The notes beneath the pieces were generated by a model. The model was not told where the DNA came from and did not search any database. It saw only the letters and a list, made by a program, of their open reading frames with translations. From Phoronis australis (lineage: Eukaryota; Animalia; Phoronida): DNA of 64,000 bases. A program made the position numbers and the translations under genes. Shown one piece after another: positions 39,094 through 53,600 of the stretch; position 1 is the first letter of the stretch; every line of letters begins with the position of its first letter. Location: assembly GCA_002633005.1 (NCBI GenBank), contig NMRA01000292.1, forward strand, positions 1-64,000, written 5' to 3'.

Positions 39094-39905
39094 TTTTTGT
39101 TGTGATTATCTGCTGTTTTCCCAGTTTTCATATATGCATTCCATGTATTCAGAGCTAATACAGTAGATGTCAGGGGAAAATGATAATGACTAAGATTTGA
39201 AGTCTTCAAAAAATTATCTCTAAATTTTTTGTGGTAAAGGTAAAAATGTCATTCGTTTACAGTAATGAAAGCTTAATGCAAGATATTCACATTCTTCTCC
39301 ACAGCAATCAGTGATAAATTTTTATGGAATAAAAACCACCAAGGCTTTTCAGTTGGCATTTTGAATAGATTGTGCATGACTATAAACTTCCTCAACCTCA
39401 TATTTTTAATGTAAGCACATCAAAAGGTTTGTGCAAATTGAAAAATTGGTCATTAATTTTCTGTTGGTGACACAGTGCAAGGGATGTTAAACTATTTTAC
39501 TGTGGGGATGACATAGTATCACTGGTGACAGATTTGTGACAAAATCCCTGTTATTGGATACAGATGATTGTTGATACTACAACCTCCACAATAAGATGTT
39601 TGGGATTTGGACGGAAAAATTGTATCATGTAAGATGTGATTTTGAAGTAAATATATTAACATAAAAATAATAATTGTTTGGTATGTTAGAATTCTTGCAG
39701 TGATCAGATTGCATAAAATCACATACATGAGGGCATCATGACTAATAATGAGATTATGGATGGAAAGCATGGTAAAATCTCACCAATTTTGGACAAAAAG
39801 AATTGCCAAAATTGCCCTTTCATTACAATAGTGCCCAGAAGTTTTCAAAATTTTGAGGGATGGTTGGTATTGTACTAACAAAACTTGAACATTGTAAAGC
39901 ATTCA

Positions 39906-41030
39906 TTTTTTTATGCGCCCTCATATTTATACGTGGTCGCATGTTGCCGTCATATCTGTCCAGACGTCCGGTGTCCGCAGCTGTATCTCCTAAACCCGTT
40001 ACAGGATCTTATTGAGATTTGGCAGGTGTGTTCTTATGAAGCTGACGACATATGACGATGAATTTCGGACCTCTCCGACTACCGGTGTGCCCCCTAGTGG
40101 CAATTTTGTTTTTTACGCTTACCTCTGTATCTTTGGAGGTCCTCAACGGATTTTTGTAAAATTTGGCAGTTTGGCATCTATTAGTGGGATGTCATCCCCT
40201 CATTTTCAGACAGATTTGAGGTACTTTGTGCCCGTGGCCATTTTTACTGTTTTTGAGTCTGTTTTTGGCGTCTGCCGTTCTATCAACCAAACCACTCTAG
40301 GGATGATTTTGAAAATTGACATATATGTTCTTACTGTGAAGAGGGCGGCTAATGATGATTTTTCGATGACTTCGACTACTATGGCGCCTCCTACTAGCAG
40401 TTTTGTTAATTTGTTTTTGTGCCCATGGCTGTATCTCCTAAACGCTATACAGGATGTTTATTGAATTTTGCTGGTGTATTCACATGAAGTTGACAACAGA
40501 GGACGACGACTTTCAGAGGGATCAGTCTATCGGTGTGCTCCCTAGTGGCAATTTTAGTTTTTTGTTTAGCTTTGTATCTTAAAAGGTCCTCTATGGATTT
40601 TCATAAAATTTGGCAGATAGGTATCTGTTTAGGAGTTAACGCTGATTCGTATTATTTTACTCCACTTAGTAGCCATTTTTACTGTTTTTGAGTCTTGTTA
40701 TTTGGCGTCTGCCCCTCTTTCAACCAAACCACTCTAAGGATGGTGGAAATTGGCATGTCTGTTCCTAATGTGAAGAGGAAGTCTGACTATGATTTTCCAT
40801 TGCCTCTTAGTGGCATATATTTTTGTGCCTAAAGCCTCTTAGTGGCAATTTTATTTTTTCATTTTCCTCTGTTTCTCAAAAGTTCTTCGACAGATTTTTA
40901 TGAAATTTGGTAAATAGCTTTGATGACACAAGTTTTCAGATGGCTTCGACGTATTTTGCACCGTCTAGTGACCATTTTTATGTTCCAAATTAACACCCCT
41001 GGAACCGTTAGCGGTGCATTTCAACGCTCT
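39906..41030 (+). mobile_element. Second, more diverged HINE/DINE-1-like copy between the convergent CENPV and METTL3 3' ends
   Basis: Starts TTTTTTATGCGCCCTCATATTTATACGTGG, carries about two array units, ends GCATTTCAACGCTCT. Confidence 0.75.
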
Positions 41031-41645
41031 AAAAAACAATTGCAAAAATGACATTTTTCGAAGGCTTGTTGTAAATGCCCAAAATTATACCAAATGCTGA
41101 ACGACACAAATCATGCTGGCTGAGACATAACATTTTCGGCAAAAGTTAATTTTGTTGAAAATTTGACAAAATGAAATTCCAGTTGTATGTCACATTGGGA
41201 AGTATTTTACTGTATTTGTTTAAACTAAGTACTAGTATTTTCTTCAATGTCAAGACCATATGTCAATACCTTTCTGCACAACACTGAATGAAACACCTAA
41301 TTGAATTCCAAATTTTTTAAGACATCTAAAGGCCAGCTTGACATAGATCAAGTGTCACATTCCAAGAAGTGAAGTGAAAAAGGTGTATTGTATAAAAATT
41401 TATTTTTGGCTTTCTGTCAATGAAAGCATCACATACAAAATTATAGCCACATCATCTACCGCAGAGTACCTTTTTAACTTGTCAACCGCAAAGTAAATGC
41501 TACAGCTGGATTTGGTTCCATCTTCAGATCTATCTGTGGTTTGAAGCGTGCGGGTTGAAAAAATTTGGCTTCAGCCCAATCACTTTTCCAAGGGTTAGTG
41601 ACGATTGGCAAAGTTCCTAATTAAAAGTCTCAGTTTAAGGCCTTG

Positions 41646-44600
41646 CTATGATTTAGGCTTGAGACAATTTCCGTCAGGGTAGCATTTTTTAAACTTGCGC
41701 ACAACATCTGGTTCTAGCAGCCGCACACCATCCACTTGGTTGCCAAGAGTTATCCTACAAAACAGAAAATGAATATCTTCGTGAGATATAGAAACCTTAA
41801 TGCATTGAGGGAATGTTGCTAGGCAAATTCGTAATTGATGGACCTTGTCTTTGACATGGACAATTCTGTCTTTTACCCCAGTCCTCACTAAGTTTTTCTT
41901 CTCTCTATTCAACCTTCAGAATCAAAAAGAAACAAAACTGTCGTGAGGGAGGCTGACCACAACTGCCTATGAGCTATCCATCAACAACCACTGAGGGCAG
42001 GTGCTTGTTACATTCCTTAGTTTGTGTTTGGTGACTCAAGATATTAAGGTATTGAGTGAAACGAGAGAACCATGATTCAAAATATCTTTTCTGGCTCCTT
42101 CACAGACTATTTGTTCACGACTGACATCCAAATTGGGGGCGTAAGCACTGAGGCCCACACATACACATCTGTTTTGAATCATCCTTGTACAGTGCATTCC
42201 TCTCGGATGGTGGCAACGTTAGGAGTGTGCACCGCATAATTGGCACATAAATATTTTCATTTAGAAACTGATAATGTGAACTTGGGCCTACAGGGGCACC
42301 AAAACTGTGTCACAATCGCGCTTTATTTTGTCTTGAAAAATAAGTATTGCATTCAAATTCTAAAACAACAATAATGTAGAGCAGCTGATCAAAACTAATG
42401 TCAGTGACCAAAACAACATTAGTGATATGGGCTGTGTGAACATACAGATCCCAACTATGGATTGATGGGTTTGGGTAATTTATTTAAGCCAATCACTAAT
42501 CGCCAGGCAATGCACTTGGGTAAAAGATGAAATCGCACACAATAAATGAGGTCCTCCAAAAAATGAATCTGAAAAGAACAGAAAATACTAACAAGACCCA
42601 CACATCCTCCAAACTGGCCCATGTGAGGCCCTACAGGCTAATCAAACAATAGTCAGGTCTTTCAAAAGTGATCATAAGCAACCTAACTTCGCTGTACATA
42701 CTCACACCTTAGGTGAAATATCAAAACTTTTGACTCACCAGTTTGGCTGTACGTTATGTGGTCGTCCAAATAACTCCAGTTTGCGAGTACCTGGACTGAG
42801 CCTCTCAATCATTCCGTATATTTCATCAGGCTTATGACTTGTGGCTCTAACCTCCGCTACTAATACATCACAGTCCAGACCCCGATTCATATGTTTAGGA
42901 TTCCCTTTAACACCAATCTATAAAACACAGACTTTCACAATATAAAATGGTGCTAAAACATAAAATCAATCGATTGGCTGGAAAGCATTAAGAACTCTTA
43001 TTTTTTCTATCAAAGGACACATAAAAGACTGGTATTGTTTCTGATATGTAGAAACATCAGGCCAGCACCTACAAGTCGGCAAACTAAAATCATTTTATTT
43101 TTGTCAAATTGGAACCATAATACTGCTTGCCATACCAACTCAATTTGCAGGATATTTGTACATGTGCCATTTTCAAATTCGCAAATTTAGGGTCAGCCAA
43201 CCCCAATGAAGCATTTCCTCTAGTCACTGATGGATTCGATGTTTTAGTTGGTAAATGAAATAGAACCCTATTACCGTAAGAAATATGAGATCGATTTTAG
43301 CCAGCTAAACAGGGCGAAATACAGCTTAAATGTATGTGTGAGAACTCAGCAAAAGTTTGCCAACTTTTACTGAAGGTAATGCAGGTGTCATCACCATGAT
43401 GACCGGATGATAAGCACAGCAATGCATGCACTCCCCCTCGAAACAGTATGATGTTATATTTCAGAACACAAACGTAGCACAAATGAAAAAGTCCTAACTG
43501 GATAATAGGTGGATAATACTTCTTTAGAAGTGTGCTGCTTCTTAACCTTTTTTTAATCAATGACATACAAAAAGTTGTTATACAACCTACGGTGTTTTGT
43601 CCGAACAGATGTGATCTAAAATATCACGTTCGAAAGCAATCAAAAACTGCAGTCTAGCGTTATGAAAACCACTTAATATCACCAAGAAGCAATTCAATTG
43701 GAAGCTTTAAGATGAATTACATCGATCTGATTGAACAGGATAACGTAAACAGCGATTTACCAGACAGTGTTCCTTCCCGTGATTAATCCAATGTCCAGTA
43801 CGGCCCGTGCGAATTATTCTCTGTAACTGGTTAGTTTTTACCCATATCAGCTCGTCACATCTCTCATAACCCCACAGCTTTAGACATTCTCGACCAAGCT
43901 CCATTGCTCTGCATAGTAAAAGTAATGTTCATAACCCCACAGCTTTAGACATTCTCGACCAAGCTCCATTGCTCTGCATAGTAAAAGTAATGTTCATAAC
44001 CCCACAGCTTTAGACATTCCCGTCCAAGCTCCATTGCTCTGCATAGTAAAAGTAATGTTCAAAAGCACAATGTATTGTTGAAAGTCTAAACACCTCAACT
44101 TTTCAAGACGCCCTTTTGAGAGCCATATTGTTATTAAGGGGTACACATCGTCAAGTCAGACAACTCAACTGAAATTATAAAGTTGAAATAACACAAAGTT
44201 ATCATTATTACTGTAAAATCTCAAAATTTTCAAACAAAAATGCCCTTTTCCATTGTACAAGAGCTTCTAAGAATATTGTGAATACCTACAATACTTCAAA
44301 ATATTGTCTGTTGTCAGCTACGATTTTGAACTTGAGAATGGTAATGGATGACTTTGGCATTATTTTCATCAAAAGTAATGTCACCATTTTCAATTCGAAA
44401 CGCAGTAGCATTTAAAACAACATTGAAAGCTCTTGGAAAATGAAGCAAGGCATCTTTGTCCAAAATGGAAGAGATTTTACAGTACACTTAGTATTGTTTA
44501 ATATAACACTTTATTGGGCAATTCAAGGTTTTCGCTAAAATATGGGGACAGAAAAAATGAGCATACATTATATTGTTAATAAAGTGCAGACAAATGCCTC

Positions 44601-47600
44601 ATGTAAAAAGCAATTGCTGTGATCATTTCATAGTTCTGACAAATTTTCCAACTGAAGAATGTCCAAGACTATAAGCATCTAGCGAAAGTCCAGCAGAGTA
44701 ATGTCAATTTTGCAAGAAATCAGTGTTAATCAAATTGAATGTCATGTAAAGCATGTAAGACGCAGTTCTCTATATATTATTGAACTATGAAATGTAGACT
44801 AAACCATGTTCTTTAGGTGTTTATAAGTTAAATGAAGATTTGCTCATGCGGGTACCCTAAGCAAGCAACAATTTTCTCTGTAAGAGGTTAACCAAATCCA
44901 TCTGTGTCCTAGTAACAATTCTGTTATAGTTTAACCAAGTCTGACTGGGCCATAGTAACATTACTCTGTGATAGTTTAACCCAGTCCGTCTAGGCCATAG
45001 TAACATTACTCTGTGAGAGGTTAACCAAGTCTGTATGTGTTGTAGTAAAATTTCCCTACCTGCCTGTCACCCACAGAAATAAGTATCCTTCGTCCTGCAG
45101 AGTTGGTATGTTTAAAGTCCTCATCTCATCATCTGACATAGTGCCGTAAGGTAACTCCATATGAATATCCCAAGGGGGGTCAGCCATGATGATGGAGAAC
45201 TTGCCAAGAATGGTCATATCAAGGAGACGGACATCACAGCAGATCCACTGTCAGAAGAAAGTCGCATACATTAAAGAGATTACAAACTCTCTTTAAGTAA
45301 AAAAGTAACTAGAGGTAACTGGTCTCAAGTTGTTCCTTATGCACAACAGAGCAGATTTTTGGGCTTGAGGAGCATGGAAAATTAGTTATTGCTCAAGACC
45401 AGATTGCATTATTTTATACACTGCGCAAGGTCTCAAAAAGTGATGAACTTCAATTTTTTAGCACAAAAATCACTCGAAAATTTGAGTAAGGAACAAGTTG
45501 AGACTAGTTTTGAAGGAGAAAATTTTCTAAATCTTGATGGATGGCAGGTTTATAATTGATTTATGGGTGGATGTGGATCTGTAAGTTCAATGATGAAACA
45601 ACAGAAACAAAAATATGTAAAAGCTGTTGTTGCTGTTAAAAAACTGTGCCGTACTGATTTCGTCTTTTTTGCTTTGTTGGAAGTTTTGGCAAAAAATTCC
45701 AAGAAAACTACAATTAGGAAAACAACACTTATTATATGAAAATAAGTCTGAATTAATTTTGAAATTTTGTTGATTTTCCGCGAGAAGAAATTCCATAAAC
45801 TTCTTGAATTCCACTATACCATCCACTAACATGTAAAATACGATAACTGAAGTTGACTTTGGCTGTAAGATGTATAATGCAGGCAATAAAAATCACACAA
45901 TATAGTGATGTAAATAGTAGAAATTAAAGAGTTCCCACCATATGATGACCCTGTGTCTCAAAAAGGAATTTTATTATTACATCTTAACAGCTTTAATAAC
46001 CTTTAGTACACCTGTTGCTACGAAACAATCTAAAAATTTTAAAAATATATTTTTCTGTTACCGAGTTTGTACGCAATGGGTGGAAGACCGCCTCAGCCAT
46101 TGTTGTTTTACCAGTGCAATACTGAGGAGTTGTGAAGAAAGTCCGTGTGGAGCCGTCTTTTTCAGACATGAAAAGGTGCGTTTGTGGAAACTGTGGTAAC
46201 AACAACTTGACTGTGAACGTCTTAGTGTTCAAATTTCCTAAATACGTGAAAGTTGCACAAAAATGGCATCGGTTTGTCATGGGCGGCGCACCATAGGGGC
46301 CTGGGGTAGGGCTATAGCCCCCACTTTTTCAGGGCTAAGCNTTCCGCTTTTCGAGGTGAACGTCGTCTGCAACGCCGCGGTAAGAAAGGAATTTGCCGCA
46401 GAAATTTTATATCAAATCCGATTTTTTTACGCGGAAATATAAAAAAGCGGAAAGCACATTTGAAAAAAGCGGAAATCCGTGTTTCCGCGGAAAATTCCAA
46501 GCCCTGCAGAACACAAACGTAGAACAAATGAAAAAGTACAAACTGATAATAGGTGGATAATACTTCTTTAGAAGTGTGCTGCTTCTTAACCTGTTTTTAA
46601 TCAATGACATACAAAAAGTTATTATACAACCTACGGTGTTTTGTCCGAACAGATGTGATCTAAAATATCAGGTTCAAAAGCAATCAAAAACTACAGTCTA
46701 GCATTATGAAAACCACTTAATATCACTAAGAAGCAATTCAACTGGAAGCTTTAAGATGATTTACATCGATCTGATTGAACAGGATAATGTAAACAGCGAT
46801 TTACCAGACAGTGTTCCTTTCCGTGATTAATCCAGTGTCCAGTACGGCCCGTGCGAATTATTCTCTGTAACTGGTTAGTTTTTACCCATATCAGTTCGTC
46901 ACATCTCTCATAACCCCACAGCTTTAGACATTCTCGTCCAAGCTCCATTGCTCTGCATAGTAAAAGTAATGTTCAAAAGCACAATGTATTGTTGAAAGCC
47001 TAGTAAACACCTCAACTTTTCAAGACGCCCTTTTTTAGAGCCATGTTGTTAAAGGAGTACACATCGTCAAGTCAGGCAACTCAACTGAAATTATAAAGTT
47101 GAAATAGCACAAACTTATCATTATTACTGTAAAATCTCAAAATTTTCAAACAAAAATGCCCTTTTACATTGTTCAAGAGCTTCTAAGAATATTGTGAATA
47201 CATACAATACTTCAAAATATTGTCTGTTGTCAGCTACGATATAGAACTTGAGAATGATAATGGATGGCTTTGGCATTATTTTCATCAAAAGTAATGTCAC
47301 TATTTTCAATTTGAAACACAGTAGCATTTAAAACAACATTGAAAGCTCTTGTAAAATAAAACAGGGCATTTTTATCCAAAATGGAAGAGATTTTACAGTA
47401 CACTTAGTATTGTTTAATATAACACTTTACTGGGCAATTTAAGGTTTTTGGTAAAACATGTGGACGGAAAAATGAGCATAATATATTATGTTGTTAATAA
47501 AGTGAAGACAAATGCCTCATGTAAAAAGCAATTGCTGTGATCATTTCCTAGTTCTGACAAGTTTTCCAATTGAAGAATATCCCAGACTATAAGCATCTAG

Positions 47601-50600
47601 CAAAAGTCTAGCAGAGTAATGTCAATTTTGCAAGAAATCAGATGTTAATCAAATTGAATGTCATGTAAAGCATATAAGACACAGTTCTCTATATATTATT
47701 GAACTATGAAATGTAGACTAAACCATGTTCTTTAGGTGTTTATAAGTTAAATGAAGATTTGCTCATGCGGGTACCCTAAGCAAACAACAATTTTCTCTGT
47801 GAGAAGTTAACCGAATCCATCTGTGTCCTAGTAACAATTCTGTGATAGTTTAACCAAGTCTGACTGGGCCATAGTAACATTACTCTGTCATAGTTTAACC
47901 CAGTCCGTCTAGGCCGTAGTAACATTACTCTGTGAGAGGTTAACCAAGTCTGTATGTGTTACAGTAAAGTTTCCCACCTGCCTGTCACCCACAGAAATAA
48001 GTATCCTTCGTCCTGCAGAGTTGGTATGTTTAAAGTCCTCATCTCATCATCTGACATAGTGCCATAAGGTAACTCCATATGAATATCCCAAGGGGGGTCA
48101 GCCATGATGATGGAGAACTTGCCAAGAATGGTCATATCAAGGAGACGGACATCGCAGCAGATCCACTGTCAGAAGAAAGTCGCGTACATTAAAGAGATTA
48201 CAAACTCTCTTTAAGTAAAAAAATAACTAGAGGTAACTGGTCTCAACTTGTTCCTTATGCACAACAGAGCCGATTTTTGGGCTTGAGGAGCATGGAAAAT
48301 TAGTTATTGCTCAAGACCAGATTGCATTATTTTATACACTGCGCATGGTCTCAAAAAGTGATGAACTTCAATTTTTTAGCACAAAAACCACTCGAAAATT
48401 TAATTTGAGTAAAGAACAAGTTGAAACTAGTTTTGTAGGAGAAAATTTTCTAAATCTTGATGGATGGCAGGTTTATTATTGATTTATGGGTGGATGTGGA
48501 TCTGTAAGCTTCAATGATGAAACAACAGATTGTAAAAGCTGTTGTTGCTGTTAAAAAACTGTGCCATACTGATTTCATCTTTTTTGCTTTGTTGGAAGTT
48601 TTGGCAAAAAATTCCAAGAAAACTACAACAACACTTATTATATGAAAATAAGTCTGAATTAATTTTGAAATTTTGTTGATTTTCCACGAGAAGAAATTCC
48701 ATAAACTTCTTGAAAAGCCACTGTACCATCCACTAACATGTAAAATACGATAACTGAAGTTGACTTTGGCTGTAAGATGTATAATGCGAGAAATAAAAAT
48801 CACACAACATAGTGATGTAAATAGTAGAAATTACGTGGTTGATTGGGAACACCTCGGACCCATTATGTAATGTAGTGTGGCAAAATCTCACCAGGACACA
48901 ATGGCAGAGTAGTGAAGTTTTAATTTCTCGTTTTTTCCATAAAAGACATACAGCACCAAATCAATGCTTTTCAGTGTTCCAGCTCTGTACCACAGCCACC
49001 ACCAGGTTGTGTATTTCCAAAAAAATTGGCACTCACAACAATGCTATAAACCTTTGTGAAATGAATAAAATGGCAATTTTGATCTGACATCACTTTTGTC
49101 CGAAATAGGTGAGATTTTACACACTAATCCACTCATGAGCGAGAAGCAGCGAGATTACNNNNNNNNNNNNNNNNNNNNNNNNNNNNNNNNNNNNNNNNNN
49201 NNNNNNNNNNNNNNNNNNNNNNNNNNNNNNNNNNNNNNNNNNNNNNNNNNNNNNNNNNNNNNNNNNNNNNNNNNNNNNNNNNNNNNNNNNNNNNNNNNNN
49301 NNNNNNNNNNNNNNNNNNNNNNNNNNNNNNNNNNNNNNNNNNNNNNNNNNNNNNNNNNNNNNNNNNNNNNNNNNNNNNNNNNNNNNNNNNNNNNNNNNNN
49401 NNNNNNNNNNNNNNNNNNNNNNNNNNNNNNNNNNNNNNNNNNNNNNNNNNNNNNNNNNNNNNNNNNNNNNNNNNNNNNNNNNNNNNNNNNNNNNNNNNNN
49501 NNNNNNNNNNNNNNNNNNNNNNNNNNNNNNNNNNNNNNNNNNNNNNNNNNNNNNNNNNNNNNNNNNNNNNNNNNNNNNNNNNNNNNNNNNNNNNNNNNNN
49601 NNNNNNNNNNNNNNNNNNNNNNNNNNNNNNNNNNNNNNNNNNNNNNNNNNNNNNNNNNNNNNNNNNNNNNNNNNNNNNNNNNNNNNNNNNNNNNNNNNNN
49701 NNNNNNNNNNNNNNNNNNNNNNNNNNNNNNNNNNNNNNNNNNNNNNNNNNNNNNNNNNNNNNNNNNNNNNNNNNNNNNNNNNNNNNNNNNNNNNNNNNNN
49801 NNNNNNNNNNNNNNNNNNNNNNNNNNNNNNNNNNNNNNNNNNNNNNNNNNNNNNNNNNNNNATTAACAAATCTTACCTTACAAGTGTCCATGTGAAAACA
49901 TGTGTTGAGAAATGAACAGTCACCCAGAGTTTCTGGAAAACAATCACACACAATTTAGATACTACATAAAATACACAGGTCTGTAATGTCTTAAGATTCC
50001 TGATGATGACATTATGACATTTGAAAGCTCTGTTATAATTTTTCATTGTTTTGTATTGACAAAACACGCGTTTTGAAGTGATATGAACTAAAGAGAATAA
50101 TTAGAATGTAAGAATTATCAACAGAATTTTCATAAAACAAAATGTTAAATTTGTTTTGCAAGTAGATATTTAGTTAATACACAGGGCCAGTCATTATGAA
50201 ACCGAAGCAGCATAGCACCTACAAGGATGTAGATGTTGCAAATAACAGGGGGCGTGGCATTGTATTGACCCCTGTCCAGGCCAGAACATCTCACTTACCA
50301 TCAGTATGTTTGTGTATAATCTTTTTAAAGTGAAGCTTCTTGCATGCACCAGCCGAGTCATTAAGCTTGCCGCATTCTTCTCTCGTACCAAAGGGACAGA
50401 ACTCTCTCACTTGAGCGCCTGCAAAAGTTGGAAAGCAACAGCTGATACACACACACTGATCCTGTTTTGGACTGACAATGTCACCTCAGTCATTTTCGTT
50501 TGAATTCTTCTCGATTATCGATGGCGCCAATGAAAACAGATTAAGACTATGATGTTTTTTCAAGTGTGTATGATGGTAAAATTTAAAATTATACAAAAAT

Positions 50601-53600
50601 ATTATGAAACACTTCACTCTTAGCATAGTTTGTATTTGTCAGTAGCTATAAAACATCACAAAACTTGAGCAAACAGAAATATGGCAGTTATGGCGGACAT
50701 TGAAGAAGGTCTTCCAAACAGCATTTGTATTACAGACAGTGACTTAGTTAGCATGCATAGCAAATATAAACAATTATCTGTTTCTTATACACCTGCACTA
50801 AACAATTTTCAATGTCAAACAAACTCATTTCTTAATTTGACCATTCATGTCACCATTGAAAATTGGTCCTAACTTATATAACTTATTCAAGTGATCTCTA
50901 CGCTTAGAAACAAAACGACAGTGCGTCGCTGACGACTGAACTCAATATTAAGATGGAATTGACATGTTCGGCATTTTATGCGTTGATAGGAAATCAATAC
51001 AACTGAAAATAAGCAGATTTTTGAGACCAAACATTAGATGTAGTAACCAGTTGATGCACTTTCAGTTCTACTTCAACGTACCTCCTTGAGACTTGAATTT
51101 CTCCACAAGAGACTGTTCTTTTGCCGTTGGCTTTGTGAGTAACTCTAAGATTTCTTCATTCACTTTCTTACTTTCCTTTTCCTTAGCAGTCTGCATGGAT
51201 AATAAACTCTGGAAACAAATAAATGCAAATAACATTTCAATTAACGCATAAATGTAACCACCCGCTCCTCCTAAATGTTACATCAAGATGGCACACAGAG
51301 AAAGGGTGGTTTAGGCTGACACATTTCTTAAATAAAGCTTTTATACAACTGAAGAGATTGCATTAAACTGGAAAACCCCAAGACGTACGTTGGAAAATGT
51401 CACTTAAAAGACCAAAAGTAAACTCAAATAAACATGCAGGCATATATTTGGAAGTAACGAATATAAGTTCGGGTGAATCAATACTGTGGCTGGTGCTCAA
51501 ATTGAAACCAACAGAGTCAATACACAACATTGTCGCTGTTTGACTGTCCCCACATGTAGGAGTTAATTGTTGAAACTTGTGCTTTCTGAGTCTATTTTGT
51601 ATGAAACTGGGAAAAATTTTAGGATTCAACCATGCATTTTCCCCAAACATGTATCTTTAGAAAATGTTCCTTACTGATGCCCTGTGAGCATAACTAAAAG
51701 TTAGCCTGTCAGCAGAATATTCTGGTTTAACAATTACCACACATCAAATACTATTTTTCATTGATGCATTAAATTTTCTCCACACCAAAGGAAGTTGGGA
51801 TACGTGATAAAACATATGAGTAACCCAAGCAGACCACTCGTAAGCAATGCTAAATTTCGTGGCAATTATCAGCTTGTCAAATGTTGGAAATGTTGACAGA
51901 GAGATAAACTATAATTTTGTAAAACCAATTTTGTGTAATCACTATGTCATCTGCCTTTCAGAGCCATGACATAATAAGTTAATACACACACTCTGATAAA
52001 TGTTCACGGCTGAATTTTCAACAATATAATTTTTTAATGCATAGTTTCTGATGTAACTGGCTCAATACCCAACCTTCGAATATCTCAACTACTCAAACAA
52101 ATACTACATTTATTTAATATTTTGTTCATTGTTCATAAATAATGCAGTGGGACAGTGACCAACTATAAACAGATTATAGTACTAAGTACCTCTATCAAAC
52201 TGTCATCACCATGCTTTGCAGATTTTGTGACTGGTTCATCAGAGGTCCTGCAATATATTAATTTCAATGTGATAAAAATGACAAAGCAATTTACACACAA
52301 ACACATAATATTATATGTACGGGCTTAGCACTTGATGTAAATCAAAATTTGCAAGTGAAGTGATATAGACAACTGAACGAAAAAATGATATCCTTGTTTC
52401 TAGTACAGGCCAAAAGTTAAATCTGCCTGAAAATGTATAGATATCTATATATATCTATATTTATATATATTTATATTTATATAGATCTATATATTTGAAA
52501 ACACGATTAGCTAATAACTAAATGATGAGCAGGGCAAGATGAAAAGTTGCCCGTATGGGTTCATTAATAGACGCATACAAATCATGAACACCTATGGGCC
52601 ATTGAATGTCAGATGTAGCCTCCAACAACGCATTTTGCACAGAATCAAAAGGGAACAAATCAATTCCAGATCTCTTACTGTGAATCGAAACCTGACCTCA
52701 CCCAACAAAATGATAAACAATACACTGAAAAACGAGTGGGCTTAATTTAATGAATTTTATAAAAGTAGGCCACAAGCCACTCAGGAGCCAGAACTTGTGG
52801 GTAAATGTGCTTATCAAGCAGCCAAAATACATGATCAATATTGTGGAATAAAAGTGAAATTGCAGTGTGTGAGAAAAAAGACAGTTTTAATTCTAAAAAG
52901 TTGTCTAGTTCCATCAACTACAGGGCTTGCCAAAATTTGTGAAGAAAATTTATTTAAGAAAATCCAATAATTACACAAAAAGCTGAAACATTTAGCTACC
53001 AAATGTCATCAATAATTGAATGAGACATTCCTTAACTTTTTTTGAAAAACTAAAACATTCTAAATTTTACCGACAACATTCTTACTTTTCTGCAACCTTG
53101 ACACCATCCTGATTATCGCTGTCACTGACTGCAGCAAGTTTTGCATGATCTACAGATGTCACTAGTGTAGAGGATTTTTTGCCTGATGGATGATCTTTCT
53201 TCTCAATGCTAAGTAGACAAAATTGCACAATATTAAGGTTGTAAAAACCCCTCTTCCATCACAAAAATCAACCCTTTGATTTAGACCACCTACCATTATG
53301 AAATTGATCTCAGATTGGATGGATTTTCTGGGCCTGGAAAGAGTCAACATTTCGTTATTGCTTGAGACCTGACACCTCACGGTGTGTTATTTTACTCACC
53401 AAACATGGTCTCTAGCAAAAACCAACTGTCAGTTCTTTGCAAGATCAGAAATCACTTCTCAGTTGAGTAAGGAACAAGTTGAGATCAATTTTATAGCGGT
53501 AAGTGAATTGAATCACAAGCTAGTTTCTTCGACAGAACCAGGATTTATAGCCGCATCAAATACTGCCTGCATAGCATGCTATATGCAAATCCGTTTAACA

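Larger units (their letters stand above)
43461..48832 (-). repeat. ~2.4-kb duplicate containing two METTL3 exons (probable haplotype artefact)
   Basis: 43461-45925 versus 46507-48832 around the N at 46321; the visible exon differences are synonymous. Confidence 0.8.

Noticed and set aside
38083-40464. 180-aa and 150-aa ORFs (38083-38625, 40012-40464)
   Set aside because: Chance open frames within the HINE-like tandem arrays.
43863-44061. Regularly spaced repeats resembling a CRISPR array (also 44875-45052 and 1543-1710)
   Set aside because: Head-to-tail tandem units without unique spacers, eukaryotic context, no cas genes.
49096-49951. Long ORFs of 250-272 aa
   Set aside because: They consist of N-gap sequence, apart from one short real METTL3 exon.
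52434-52495. AT-rich palindromic tract
   Set aside because: Low-complexity (TA)n expansion present in one copy only; no evidence of function.
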